Notes: generated from the letters alone by a model not told the origin. A stretch of 64,000 nt of DNA from an uncultured Clostridia bacterium (GCA_934162535.1 CAKPJC010000007.1:3773-67772); one strand, 5' to 3'; numbered from the stretch's first letter, positions 45,460 through 55,580 are shown. Program-made: numbers and translations.

Positions 45460-46536
45460 TTATTCTTCTACAATCTTTGAAAGTAAATCTTCAAATTTTT
45501 TTGCTTGAATATCTATATTAAAATCATCATTTAATTTCAAATTATTATTTCTTGCCATTTTATCTATGTTTTCAAGCCAATCATCAACATTATTTCTATC
45601 TAGAAATACTACATTTTCTGATATCTTACACTCATTTGAAATAGTATCAGAAAATAAGCAGGGTAATCCATTTGCTTGTGCTTCAACACCAACAACAGGT
45701 AATCCTTCAAATAATGATGGTAAAAGAAAATAGTCAAACATAGAATAATATTCATTTACATTTGATATTTCATCAATAAATATAAATTTATTTTCTATGT
45801 CGTATTCTTTAATTTTCTTTATAAAATCATTCTTTAATATTCCCGTTCCAATCATCATTATTTTATATTCACTATCTAATCTCTTAGCCAATTCTATAAA
45901 GAAAAATATATTTTTTTGCACTACAAATCTACCTACAAATCCAATGATTTTTTTTTCATCATCTATATGAAAATTTTTTCTTAATTTTTTTCTATAATCA
46001 TTATTAAATTTAAAATTATTATAGTCTATTGCATTGTTTATTACTTTGAAATCATTTGATTTAAATAAACCTTCTCCTGCAAGTTTTGAACATGCCAATT
46101 TATAATTACAAAACTTATTGATTTTTGCTTGTAAAAAACCACCCAATATGTTTTTCAATGCATTATCTGATGATTGCGTTCCATGTGCATGTATAGCAAA
46201 CTTTTTTAAATTATATTTCTTAGCCTCATTGTAAAAGAAATAAGTTTGATATCCTACATTACTGTAAATCAACTCATAATCATGGTGCTCTTTAAAAAAA
46301 CTTTTAATTTTCTCTTTATATTTCTTTAGTCCAACATCTCTAACATAAGGCAATGTATAAGCTCTTATTCCTTTATTTTTCAAAAAATCAATGTATTTTT
46401 GTGCTGGTCTTAAATTATTATAAATAACTTCAACTTCAAAATTATTTAATTTAAATCTGCTTAAATAATTCACTATAAATGCAGCGACTCCATTTGTTTG
46501 TGTTAATGTGGGAATTATAAACAATACTTTTTTCAC
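45460..46536 (-). CDS. family-4 (GT-B, RfaB-like) glycosyltransferase
   Basis: KKVLFIIPTLTQTNGVAAF...FVGRFVVQKN...PSLFEGLPVVGVEAQANGLPCLFSD (EX7E). GTG start at 46536 after AGGTG is preferred over the track's TTG at 46560. Confidence 0.85.
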   Translation of the reverse strand: MKKVLFIIPTLTQTNGVAAFIVNYLSRFKLNNFEVEVIYNNLRPAQKYIDFLKNKGIRAYTLPYVRDVGLKKYKEKIKSFFKEHHDYELIYSNVGYQTYFFYNEAKKYNLKKFAIHAHGTQSSDNALKNILGGFLQAKINKFCNYKLACSKLAGEGLFKSNDFKVINNAIDYNNFKFNNDYRKKLRKNFHIDDEKKIIGFVGRFVVQKNIFFFIELAKRLDSEYKIMMIGTGILKNDFIKKIKEYDIENKFIFIDEISNVNEYYSMFDYFLLPSLFEGLPVVGVEAQANGLPCLFSDTISNECKISENVVFLDRNNVDDWLENIDKMARNNNLKLNDDFNIDIQAKKFEDLLSKIVEE

Positions 46537-46549
46537 TTTTACACCTACT

Positions 46550-48310
46550 TTATTTATCAAATAAATTCAATATTTTTTTTGCCTTTTCTTGTCCAATATT
46601 TTTTTTAACAAAGTCTTTTGATTTTCTTATTACTTCAGTTTTTAGATCTTTTGGCTTTACACTATTATAAAATTTATGGATTTCTTCTGCATCTGTTTTC
46701 ATCTCTGTAAAAACCTCAAAAATAATTGGTCTTTCATTTTCTTTCATAAATTTTTTTATATTATCATCAAATTCTTTTTTATTATGTGCAGATAAATAAA
46801 TAAAATTATTGTCTTTAACCCAACCCTCAGCTATATTATTATGTCTTGCAGTTGTATGTCTGTCATCATTTTGTTGAATTTTATTATAATAAAACTCAGC
46901 TCCTCCATGATTATTTATTAATAATATGTGTACATTATTCTTTATTGCATTTATTCTAATTGAGTTCATGTCATAGAAAAATGACAAATCCCCAATAATA
47001 AGAAAACATGGTTTATTGCTTGCAACAGATTGTCCAAAGAAAGATGACATGCATCCATCAATTCCATGAGTTCCAATATTAGCATAAACTCTGGTATTCT
47101 TTGGTATATCAAAAAAATTAGTTAATCTAATACTATCATTTATACTTAAATGTAATATGGAATTATCAGGTATGCTTTCTACAATATTTTTTATTGCATA
47201 AACATTTGAATATTCAAATTTATATTTTTTTGAAGAAACTTCGTCGTTATACTTTTTAAAATCATTGTAATATTCCATTGAATTTTTATTTGCTGCTTTT
47301 TCATTGAAATATTTAAAAGCTTCCTCTGGTCTACACTCAAATATTTTATTTAGTGATTTAAATGCATCAATGACTTTGCCATCCTCTTGAATTATCCAGT
47401 GCTTAAATTTTCCATGATTACTTTTTAGTTGTCCTTTTATACCTGAAAAAATCTGACCACCAAAAGATATAACTAAATCTGGCATTAATTCATTAAACAT
47501 TTTTCCTGATATAACATTTGAATCAGTAGATATTGTTGTATTTATAAAACAATCTAAGTTTACATTTGACATATAGTCACCTACTATAGCACAATTATAA
47601 TTTTCAAAAAATTTTTCAAGTTCCTTCTTTAATTCAATACTTACATCTGCCTTTTGTCCACAAATAACTAATATTTTTTTATATTCATTTAACTCTTTTA
47701 TTGAATCATTCCAATTTTCTTTGCTATTTAAAAATAACCTATCAATTTTTTTAGTATAAGGTAATTCTTTTGCTAAAAATGAGCGATTATATGTATTAGT
47801 TGGTATATTAATTTGAACAGGTCCTTTTGCTCCATTATGATTCAATTCTAATAAAGCTTCATTTATTAATCTTTGGCAATATATTTCATCATCTTTATCA
47901 TTTATTATTGGTAAATTAACAGATTTTCTTACATGTCTATCATACATGCCTACTTGATCTATTAATTGATCTTCCCATTGACCTATCATTCTTTGATCTC
48001 TGTCACTTGTTAAAATAACCAATGGAACATTTTGATAATATGCTTCCGCAACTGCAGGCCAATAGTTACATGTTGCAGTTGATGAAGTACATGAAATAAC
48101 CACAGGTTCATTTAACTCTTGTGATAGTCCTAAAGCAAAATATCCTGCACTTCTTTCATCAACAATAGAATAACATTTAAAATATGAATCTTTTTCAACA
48201 CTATGAACAAAAGGTACATTTCTCGATCCTGATGACAAAACACATTTACTTATCCCATATTCTTTTAACAGTGAAATTATATATTGATAACTTTTTACCT
48301 CTGTGTACAT
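46550..48310 (-). CDS. thiamine-diphosphate-dependent enzyme, MenD (SEPHCHC synthase)-like
   Basis: 586 aa. The N-terminal region YIISLLKEYGISKCVLSSGSRNVPFVHS...IVDERSAGYFALGLS...VISCTSSTATCNYWPAVAEAYYQNVPLVILTSDR parallels the MenD Pyr-domain motifs (GSR..P, DER.AG..ALG, T.DR). The ThDP-binding region is IIGDLSFFYDMNS...NNHGG. Confidence 0.7.
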   Translation of the reverse strand: MYTEVKSYQYIISLLKEYGISKCVLSSGSRNVPFVHSVEKDSYFKCYSIVDERSAGYFALGLSQELNEPVVISCTSSTATCNYWPAVAEAYYQNVPLVILTSDRDQRMIGQWEDQLIDQVGMYDRHVRKSVNLPIINDKDDEIYCQRLINEALLELNHNGAKGPVQINIPTNTYNRSFLAKELPYTKKIDRLFLNSKENWNDSIKELNEYKKILVICGQKADVSIELKKELEKFFENYNCAIVGDYMSNVNLDCFINTTISTDSNVISGKMFNELMPDLVISFGGQIFSGIKGQLKSNHGKFKHWIIQEDGKVIDAFKSLNKIFECRPEEAFKYFNEKAANKNSMEYYNDFKKYNDEVSSKKYKFEYSNVYAIKNIVESIPDNSILHLSINDSIRLTNFFDIPKNTRVYANIGTHGIDGCMSSFFGQSVASNKPCFLIIGDLSFFYDMNSIRINAIKNNVHILLINNHGGAEFYYNKIQQNDDRHTTARHNNIAEGWVKDNNFIYLSAHNKKEFDDNIKKFMKENERPIIFEVFTEMKTDAEEIHKFYNSVKPKDLKTEVIRKSKDFVKKNIGQEKAKKILNLFDK

Positions 48311-48322
48311 ATATATTCCTCC

Positions 48323-49180
48323 TTAATCCCAATCATCAAACGTTAGATTTCCACAACCACCAGTAGCAAAAATTGTATCTCCATCTATCATTCTTGATAA
48401 ATCACTAACAAGTATAGTAGATAATGAAGCAATTTCATCTGTTGTTGCATATCTTCCAATAGGCGAATTAGGTCTATTTATATTATTATCTCCATTAAGT
48501 AACATATCTGTTGCCGTAGGTCCAGGCGCAATACTATTTACGACAATACCTTTAGGACTTAATTCTTTTGCTAATCCTTTTGTAAATGCTCTTATTCCCC
48601 ATTTTGTCAACTGATACGAAGTTAGAGCTGGTCTTATTGATGATGAAGAAGATATGTTTAAAATATTTCCCTTTATTTTATTTTCTAACATATATTTAGC
48701 AACTATTTTAGTAATAAAATATGTTCCTTTAAGATTTGTATTAATTACATTGTCAAAATCTTCTTCTGTACTATCCCAAAATTGAGTTTTATTTATGACC
48801 CCTGCATTATTCACTAAAATATCTATTCTTCTATTGTTTATTTCTTTTAAAATATAATTAAATTTTTCACTCATCTCTTTTATTTTTTTATTATCAAGCT
48901 CAAATCCATAAATCAATGCATTATCATTTTGAGATTTTAATTTTTTTACTGCCATATCAATTTTTATTTTATTTCTTCCAGTTATAATCACACAAGCTCC
49001 ATTTTTCACAAATGAATCTGCAATTGAAAATCCTATACCACTTGTTCCCCCAGTTATTAATGCTGTTCTATTTTTCAATAAATCTCCATATAGTACACTA
49101 GTCGGAACCGATTCTTTTATTGGCATATATCTAAGTATCTCTCTTGTGCCTTTTCTTAAAATTTCTGTAACTTTGTTCAA
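48323..49180 (-). CDS. SDR family NAD(P)-dependent oxidoreductase
   Basis: ALITGGTSGIGFSIADSFVKNGACVIITGRN (TGxxxGxG), NNAG, and S...YxxxK (SYQLTK). Confidence 0.85.
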   Translation of the reverse strand: MNKVTEILRKGTREILRYMPIKESVPTSVLYGDLLKNRTALITGGTSGIGFSIADSFVKNGACVIITGRNKIKIDMAVKKLKSQNDNALIYGFELDNKKIKEMSEKFNYILKEINNRRIDILVNNAGVINKTQFWDSTEEDFDNVINTNLKGTYFITKIVAKYMLENKIKGNILNISSSSSIRPALTSYQLTKWGIRAFTKGLAKELSPKGIVVNSIAPGPTATDMLLNGDNNINRPNSPIGRYATTDEIASLSTILVSDLSRMIDGDTIFATGGCGNLTFDDWD

Positions 49181-49181
49181 C

Positions 49182-50303
49182 TTATTTATCCCCCTTTAAT
49201 GCATTGTTTAACCATTCTAATGACTTCATTCTCATAGATTCTATTTTTTTATTAATTTCTTCAAAATTTATATTTTTTTCAACAGCACCTATATCATTTT
49301 CATCTTTTGCTACTCTATTTTCTAATCCTAGTAATTCCAATATACTCTGTAATCTAGTGCTATATTTTTCTGGATAGACTATTACAAATTGAGTGTTCAA
49401 ATTTAATGAAAATGCTGTTGCATGAAATGAATCAGTAATAACATATTGTGCATTATCAATAAGTGATATAAAATCTTCTACATTAGGATTACAAAACATT
49501 TTTCCTTTTTTATAAAATTCATGCAATTGATAACTTAAATAATATATTTTTAATCCCGTTTTTTTTGACAATTTTTTAGCATAATTATCTATTTTTTTAT
49601 TTCTATTTAAATTATATACCAAAATATACTTTTCATTTCTATGTTTATTGGATGTTATCTTTCTCCAATCATATCCGTTTAGGAGTAATGTAGGATCCAC
49701 AACATTTGTAACATTTTCTATGCCTAATTTTTTTATTATGTCTACTCCAGATCTTTCTCTTACAGAAATATAATCATATTTTTTAAGCATCTCTCTTGTT
49801 TTATCTAATTCAAAATCTTCCAATTCTGATTTTCCAAAACTTGCTGCATATGCTATACGTTTTTTGTTTTCTGGAAGGAAATCTAAAAATAAACTGTAAT
49901 CTATTCCCTCATTCCATTTAGAATTCCATACTTGGTCACTTCCTGTACAATAAATATCAGCCTCTGGAATATCTTCCTTTAGATCTTCAAAAGTTATATA
50001 TTGTTTATTCGTCATCTTTATGTTTTCTCTAGTGAATTTATTGAATACTCTAAATCTTTTTATATATGATGGTATTATAACCAATCTTGCAATAGTTCTT
50101 AAAATCAAAGATTTCCTTAGTTTATCATTTTTGTATTTTAATCTTTTAAGCATTGCAAGCATATGCATTCTTTGTGGATAATAATTAATTAATTCAACTT
50201 CATAGCCCAATTTTTCTATTACCTTTTGTGTTGCATACCCTTGTAATACAGAACCATAGTTAGGAACTCTTTGCAATGTTATTACCTCAACCTTAGCTTT
50301 CAT
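49182..50303 (-). CDS. polysaccharide pyruvyl transferase family protein (copy 2)
   Basis: MKAKVEVITLQRVPNYGSVLQGYATQKVIEKLGYEVELINYY..., paralogous to 42199..43269. Confidence 0.8.
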   Translation of the reverse strand: MKAKVEVITLQRVPNYGSVLQGYATQKVIEKLGYEVELINYYPQRMHMLAMLKRLKYKNDKLRKSLILRTIARLVIIPSYIKRFRVFNKFTRENIKMTNKQYITFEDLKEDIPEADIYCTGSDQVWNSKWNEGIDYSLFLDFLPENKKRIAYAASFGKSELEDFELDKTREMLKKYDYISVRERSGVDIIKKLGIENVTNVVDPTLLLNGYDWRKITSNKHRNEKYILVYNLNRNKKIDNYAKKLSKKTGLKIYYLSYQLHEFYKKGKMFCNPNVEDFISLIDNAQYVITDSFHATAFSLNLNTQFVIVYPEKYSTRLQSILELLGLENRVAKDENDIGAVEKNINFEEINKKIESMRMKSLEWLNNALKGDK

Positions 50304-51135
50304 AGTCTTGTTTCCTTTTCCTTAACATTTTTTCATAAAAAAACTTTCTCATAAAATTAGGCATCAAACATACAATTATATGACTCCCTGCACTTATAAT
50401 ATAGTCATTTAATGTATAAAAGCCTTTTTTGTACATTTCTTTTTTAAATTTCATGATTGTCTTTAAATATTTTATTCCGCCTCTTCTTTTGTACAAATCC
50501 TCACTAATTCTAACATAGTTTAATGTTTCATTTATATTTTTGCATACTGCATTATTTTCTATCATTCTAGCCCATAAATCATAGTCTTCACACAAATAGT
50601 ATTTTCTATAGTTTCCAGCCTGTAGTACTTTACTCTTCTTAAACATGACTACAGAATGTGAAAACGGATTCCTTCTTCTTGCATATTTCTTTATTTCATC
50701 ATCTTCATTTGGAAAATTTTTATATGAAATCACATTATTAATATTTTCTATAAATTCTGCTTGATTAGAACCGATAATGTCCAGAGTTTCATCTTCTTCA
50801 AACTCTTTTAGTTGTTTTTCACATCTATCAGGAACTGAATAGTCATCTGAATCCATCCTTGCTACTAATTCATTCTTACATTTTAATACTCCTGTTGCCA
50901 AAGCTAGTCCAAGCCCCATATTTTTTTCCAGTTCTACTATATTAAATATATCTGGATATTTTTTACAATATTCAGATATAACTTCATCTAACTCATTTGT
51001 TAATTTTCCATCCTTTACAATTACAAAGTCATTAGTACGAACGGTTTGGTTCATCATGCTTTCGATACTTTCTCTAAACCATTCTGGATTTTCTTTATAG
51101 TACACACTCATTAGTACGCTATAACCTTTATCCAT
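50293..51135 (-). CDS. family-2 glycosyltransferase
   Basis: YSVLMSVYYKENPEWFRESIESMMNQT...VARMDSDDYS... Confidence 0.85.
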   Translation of the reverse strand: MDKGYSVLMSVYYKENPEWFRESIESMMNQTVRTNDFVIVKDGKLTNELDEVISEYCKKYPDIFNIVELEKNMGLGLALATGVLKCKNELVARMDSDDYSVPDRCEKQLKEFEEDETLDIIGSNQAEFIENINNVISYKNFPNEDDEIKKYARRRNPFSHSVVMFKKSKVLQAGNYRKYYLCEDYDLWARMIENNAVCKNINETLNYVRISEDLYKRRGGIKYLKTIMKFKKEMYKKGFYTLNDYIISAGSHIIVCLMPNFMRKFFYEKMLRKRKQDYES

Positions 51136-51834
51136 CTATATTGCCCCTTTTCTTTTAGCCACTGCTCCAATTGTTTCAAAAAAAACTTTTGCATCCATCT
51201 TTAGTGATATATTATCTATGTAAAACAACTCCATTTGCATACGTTGTTCATAACTTGTACAACTTCTTCCATTAGCTGCCCAATATCCTGTAAGTCCTGG
51301 TGTGACACTTAAAAACTTTTCTATGTTTACTCCATATTTTTTTAATTCATCTGCAACTACTGGTCTAGGTCCTATAATTGATAAATCACCTTTCATTATA
51401 TTTATTAGTTGTGGTAATTCATCCAAACTTGTCCTTCTTAAAAACTTACCAACTTTTGTTATTCTTGGGTCATTTTTTAGTTTATAGTTCTCTTTGTATT
51501 CTTTCATTTGCTCTGGTGTAAATTTTTTTATCAAATCTTCTGCATTATCAACCATTGATCTGAATTTATATATTTGTATGGTTTTTCCATCTTTTCCTAC
51601 ACGAGTATGTTTGAAAAATACAGGCCCATTTGATTCTAATTTTATTGCTAATGATATTATTAAGAATAATGGCATTAATGCAATCATTGCAATTGTTGAT
51701 AATGCTACATCTGTCGTTCTTTTTACTATTTTATATGGTATGTTTTTCCCTAATAGTTCCCTATATCCCTTTGCTGGTAATTTTAAAATAGAAATATCTT
51801 CAATAACATTGTTATGTGTCATATCAATATTCAC
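51136..51834 (-). CDS. initiating sugar-phosphate transferase (bacterial sugar transferase / small PGT, EpsL/WbaP-C-terminal type)
   Basis: TM helix, then PVFFKHTRVGKDGKTIQIYKFRSMVDNAE...SLDELPQLINIMKGDLSIIGPRP. GTG start after AAGGGGGA. Confidence 0.9.
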   Translation of the reverse strand: MNIDMTHNNVIEDISILKLPAKGYRELLGKNIPYKIVKRTTDVALSTIAMIALMPLFLIISLAIKLESNGPVFFKHTRVGKDGKTIQIYKFRSMVDNAEDLIKKFTPEQMKEYKENYKLKNDPRITKVGKFLRRTSLDELPQLINIMKGDLSIIGPRPVVADELKKYGVNIEKFLSVTPGLTGYWAANGRSCTSYEQRMQMELFYIDNISLKMDAKVFFETIGAVAKRKGAI

Positions 51835-51855
51835 TTTTGTTTCCCCCTTGTGTTT

Positions 51856-52344
51856 TTACTCTTGTGCTTTTTCCTTAATGTTCTTAACGTGTTTTTTTAT
51901 TACCGAATATATTAATATCCCTGTAATTATTCCTAAAGTATCTATACTTACATCAAATATTCTTGCACTTCTATTTGAAATGAAATATTGATGTATCTCG
52001 TCTGTAATCGCATAAGTTAGTCCAAACATTATACTATATAATATTTGTTTTTTCCTTGCTTTCTCTGTCGTATTTGCAAAATTTATGATTAGCATTCCAC
52101 CTACCGTATATATCGTATAATGTGCTAGTTTTCTTATTACTTTTTCTGTGTCTTTTATTATAGTTTCATTCTTCTTTTCATCTTTTCCTAATATTGGCTG
52201 TACTATCATCTCTGTAACTGTTCTGCTTGTCCCTGATGATTTTGTTCCATTCTGATTTGAAAAGCAAAATACTGTTGCCATCCACATTAAGATAAGTACT
52301 ATATCAATTATTTGTATTATTGTTTTCTTTTTATTTTTACTCAT
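51856..52344 (-). CDS. VanZ family membrane protein
   Basis: 162 aa with 4 TM helices. ...KLAHYTIYTVGG...AITDEIHQYFISNRSARIFDVSIDTLGI is typical of VanZ-like proteins. Confidence 0.8.
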   Translation of the reverse strand: MSKNKKKTIIQIIDIVLILMWMATVFCFSNQNGTKSSGTSRTVTEMIVQPILGKDEKKNETIIKDTEKVIRKLAHYTIYTVGGMLIINFANTTEKARKKQILYSIMFGLTYAITDEIHQYFISNRSARIFDVSIDTLGIITGILIYSVIKKHVKNIKEKAQE

Positions 52345-52550
52345 ATCAAGTTTATTATATATTTACTTATAAAAATATGCAATAGTTTTTGGCGTTTTTT
52401 TTGTTTTTTTGTCATAGGAATTTTTTCATTTTTTTCTTAAAAATCCCTCTTTACTTCATTTATGTTTATTCTATGTTTTCTGCTAGAAAGAGAAATTTTT
52501 TAAAAAAAGGTCTAGTGATTGTAGCATTTTATATACTGGGAAAGTATATA

Positions 52551-52577
52551 AAAAAACCTGCATTTCTGCAGGAAAAA
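52551..52577 (-). terminator. intrinsic terminator after the small membrane-protein gene
   Basis: CCTGCA-tttc-TGCAGG hairpin. On the minus strand it is followed by T6. Confidence 0.5.
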
Positions 52578-52603
52578 GAATATCTATTCTTTTTTAATAT
52601 TCT

Positions 52604-52795
52604 TTATAAATTATGTATCATTCTAGGTCCAATAATTATCAGACATAGCCCCGAGATAGTTGTAACAGCCACCCCTTTGTCACTTAATACTTTCAAACTT
52701 GTCATGTTAAATTCGGCGACATATACTTGGAATAGTGAAATTGCTAATAATACTATTCCCACTAATGTAAGTGTGATACCAATTTTCTTTTTCAT
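52604..52795 (-). CDS. small two-TM membrane protein
   Basis: 63 aa: MKKKIGITLTLVGIVLLAISLF...GLCLIIIGPRMI. AAGGAGG RBS 8 nt upstream. Preferred over the overlapping low-complexity plus-strand ORF 52389..52877. Confidence 0.5.
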   Translation of the reverse strand: MKKKIGITLTLVGIVLLAISLFQVYVAEFNMTSLKVLSDKGVAVTTISGLCLIIIGPRMIHNL

Positions 52796-52889
52796 TTGTT
52801 CATACCTCCTTGAATTTTCTCAGAGTATTCTTTTCTTTAGGCTTTTGCCAATGTATTATTATTATAGCATATTTTAGGATAATTTCAAA

Positions 52890-53426
52890 TCATTTTAGCT
52901 TATTTGTTATATTTTTTAAATCATATACAAACCCAACTTGACTATACTCTTTTCCACCTCTACTTATTATGCCATCATAGCAATACTTCCCTCCCATCTT
53001 TTCGTAAAATGCTCTTGCTGGATGGTTGTCTTTTAAGCACCATAATATCATATGAGCATAACCTCTTTTATAAAAATCATCTTTCACATATGTCATTAGT
53101 GCTTTTCCTATACCTTTTCTTTTGTTCTCTGGTTTTACATATAGTGCATAGATTTCACAGTCAATATTTCCATATTTCTCTTTGTATTCAATATCGGTAC
53201 CATATCTACAGAATCCAACAACCTCTTTATCTTGAATAGCCACTATAAATTCATTTTCATTATAATCATTTAATCTTTTTTTATAATTTTTTTCAACACT
53301 TAAGCTGTCTAAATATTCATCATCTATTATTCCTCTATATGCTGTTTGCCAACTTTTAGTTACAATTTTTGCAACTTGCATTAAATCCTCAATTTTTACT
53401 TTTCTTATGGTTATTAAATCACTCAT
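52890..53426 (-). CDS. GNAT family N-acetyltransferase
   Basis: 178 aa: ...ALYVKPENKRKGIGKALMTYV... (acetyl-CoA-binding R/Q-x-x-G-x-G/A). Confidence 0.85.
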   Translation of the reverse strand: MSDLITIRKVKIEDLMQVAKIVTKSWQTAYRGIIDDEYLDSLSVEKNYKKRLNDYNENEFIVAIQDKEVVGFCRYGTDIEYKEKYGNIDCEIYALYVKPENKRKGIGKALMTYVKDDFYKRGYAHMILWCLKDNHPARAFYEKMGGKYCYDGIISRGGKEYSQVGFVYDLKNITNKLK

Positions 53427-53519
53427 ATTTTTTACTCCTATTATAATTTGTTTGCTTGTATATTATACACCTAAGTAGTAACTATCGTTCAATAGTTTTA
53501 TGCTAAACTCAATAAATTT

Positions 53520-54152
53520 TTAAAACTCTTTATTTATGTATATCTTACTTGATATTAAATATGAAATTCCTAATAATATAATAGAAATTACAGGAACTGC
53601 TATAAACATATAATTATCTAACTCATTTATCATATTTATAAGAAATGTCATATCTATAAATTTTTCAAGCATTACTCCAATTCCAGCTATACCAAATATC
53701 ATAACAAACATTATTATTCTTCCATTTGTGGCTCCATATTTGAACATTATTGGATAAAGTAAAGAAATTATAATCACACTTGATAGTATTGTTCCCATTA
53801 ATAATGATAGTGTATCATCAAAATTAATATTGTTCGTCCTCACATAACTAATGGCCATCGATATAGCCAAACATAATGTTCCTAAAGCAACTGCTAAAAT
53901 TATTGATGCAACATATTTTGCTCTAACTACATTTTTTCTTCCATCTGGTAAAGTTACTGCATAAGAATTCCAATTGTTAAAATCATCATAGCTAAATGTT
54001 GATATAAATAACATTATTCCTATTATTGGAACTATAAATGCAATATCAAATGTTCCTTGAAATGCAAATATAAAAAAGACTATAAAGATAATTATCATTG
54101 ATTTTATGTTTGCTTTTATAAGTAAAAAATCCTTTTTCATTAAACCTACCAT
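53520..54152 (-). CDS. ABC-2 type transporter permease
   Basis: 210 aa with 6 TM helices. It overlaps the upstream ABC ATPase gene by 7 nt. Confidence 0.7.
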   Translation of the reverse strand: MVGLMKKDFLLIKANIKSMIIIFIVFFIFAFQGTFDIAFIVPIIGIMLFISTFSYDDFNNWNSYAVTLPDGRKNVVRAKYVASIILAVALGTLCLAISMAISYVRTNNINFDDTLSLLMGTILSSVIIISLLYPIMFKYGATNGRIIMFVMIFGIAGIGVMLEKFIDMTFLINMINELDNYMFIAVPVISIILLGISYLISSKIYINKEF

Positions 54153-55012
54153 ATTTTTTCCCCCTTAATTATTAATAACATCAAATCTTCAAGTGTAATT
54201 TTGTCTATTATGCATTTATTATATTTTTTTGTTAATTGTTCTTTGTTTTCAATTAATATTTCATAAGAATATTTCGTTTTTCTATATGTAACAATATCTT
54301 GTTTATCAATATTAGGAAAATAATCAATATCGCATTTTAGAATACCATAGTTATCAATTATTTCATCTCTTGATTTTTGTAACACCTTTTTCCCTTTATC
54401 AATAAATATAATTTCATCTGCTATGTGTTCTAAATCACTTGTTATATGTGTTGATAATAGTATAGAATGTTCCTCATCTTCTATGAATTTTTGAAATATT
54501 TCTAAAACCTCACTTCTTACAACTGGGTCTAATCCACTTGTTGGTTCATCTAATATTAATAATTTGGGTTTATGAGATATAGCTGTTACAATTTCCAGTT
54601 TCTTTCTCATTCCTTTTGACATTGCTTTTAGTGGCTTGTTTTCTGGCAAATTAAATTCTTTTAAATAAGAAAAGTATAATTCACTATCCCAGTTTTCATA
54701 TATATCTTTCATGACACTGTTTATATCTTTGGCATTTAACAGCTCTGGAAAAAACATATTATCTAATACTACACCTATATCTTCTTTTATTGCTTTTTCC
54801 TCTTTTTTATAATCTTTTCCAAATATTTTTATTTTTCCTTCATTAATTTTCATGATGCTTAACATCGATTTTATTAATGTCGTCTTTCCTGCCCCATTTT
54901 CTCCAATAAGACCCACAATAATTCCTTTTGGTATTGATATGTCTATTTTACCAAGTTCAAATTTATCATCATACTTCTTTTTTAATCCATTTATTTCAAT
55001 AATATTTTCCAA
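54146..55012 (-). CDS. ABC transporter ATP-binding protein
   Basis: GLIGENGAGKTTLIK (Walker A), MSKGMRKKL (signature-like), LLILDEPTSGLD (Walker B). Confidence 0.9.
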   Translation of the reverse strand: MENIIEINGLKKKYDDKFELGKIDISIPKGIIVGLIGENGAGKTTLIKSMLSIMKINEGKIKIFGKDYKKEEKAIKEDIGVVLDNMFFPELLNAKDINSVMKDIYENWDSELYFSYLKEFNLPENKPLKAMSKGMRKKLEIVTAISHKPKLLILDEPTSGLDPVVRSEVLEIFQKFIEDEEHSILLSTHITSDLEHIADEIIFIDKGKKVLQKSRDEIIDNYGILKCDIDYFPNIDKQDIVTYRKTKYSYEILIENKEQLTKKYNKCIIDKITLEDLMLLIIKGEKIW

Positions 55013-55014
55013 TT

Positions 55015-55392
55015 TTACTTATCCTCCTTATAAATCATTTTAAATATTTCGATTATATCATTTTCATCTATTTCAAATTTGTTTGAAATGGATACTATTT
55101 TTTCTATATATTTCTCTATTTCCTTTTGTGCTTGTTCTTTTGCAAGTTCTGTATTTTTAGGTGCCACAAATGTTCCTTTTCCTTGTATTGATTTTAAATA
55201 TCCCTCTTTTTCTAATTCATCATAGGCCTTTTTTATAGTCATGACACTTATTTTTATTTCTTGTGCTAGCACTCTTATAGATGGTAATAGTTCATCTTCG
55301 TTTAATTCCCCGTCTAGTATTTGATTTATAATGGATTGTTTTATTTGTTCATATATTGGTACAGAACTGCTATTACTAATAATCATTTTCAT
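55015..55392 (-). CDS. GntR family transcriptional regulator (YtrA subfamily)
   Basis: 125 aa: PIYEQIKQSIINQILDGELNEDELLPSIRVLAQEIKISVMTIKKAYDELEKEGYL. Short effector domain. Located upstream of an ABC pair as in ytrA operons. Confidence 0.9.
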   Translation of the reverse strand: MKMIISNSSSVPIYEQIKQSIINQILDGELNEDELLPSIRVLAQEIKISVMTIKKAYDELEKEGYLKSIQGKGTFVAPKNTELAKEQAQKEIEKYIEKIVSISNKFEIDENDIIEIFKMIYKEDK

Positions 55393-55406
55393 TTTTTTGT
55401 CTCCTC

Positions 55407-55442
55407 GTTATACACTATATAACACCATATAACATTTGTCAA
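55407..55442 (-). promoter_or_regulatory. sigma-A promoter with overlapping palindromic operator (probable YtrA-type autoregulation)
   Basis: Minus strand reads TTGACA - 17 nt - TATAGT. The -10 lies inside the perfect inverted repeat GTTATA-tagtg-TATAAC (55407-55423). Confidence 0.4.
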
Positions 55443-55551
55443 TACTTTTATTATTTTTATATTGTGTTTTTTTGTGTAATAGATTTTTCTTTGGCTTTTC
55501 CACTTAATCTAGTAGAAGATAATTCTTAATGAATTTCTTCTCTCTCACCAC

Positions 55552-55580
55552 AAAAAAAGCAGATATTCTCTGCTTTTTTC
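55552..55580 (-). terminator. intrinsic terminator after the second mgtA paralog
   Basis: AGCAGA-tattc-TCTGCT hairpin flanked by an A-run and a T-run, 4 nt beyond the stop codon. Confidence 0.55.

Noticed and set aside
52389-52877. 162-aa plus-strand ORF
   Set aside because: It is an F/I/L/Y-rich low-complexity sequence without an RBS that runs through two hairpins. The minus-strand 63-aa ORF inside it has an AAGGAGG RBS and a plausible two-TM sequence.
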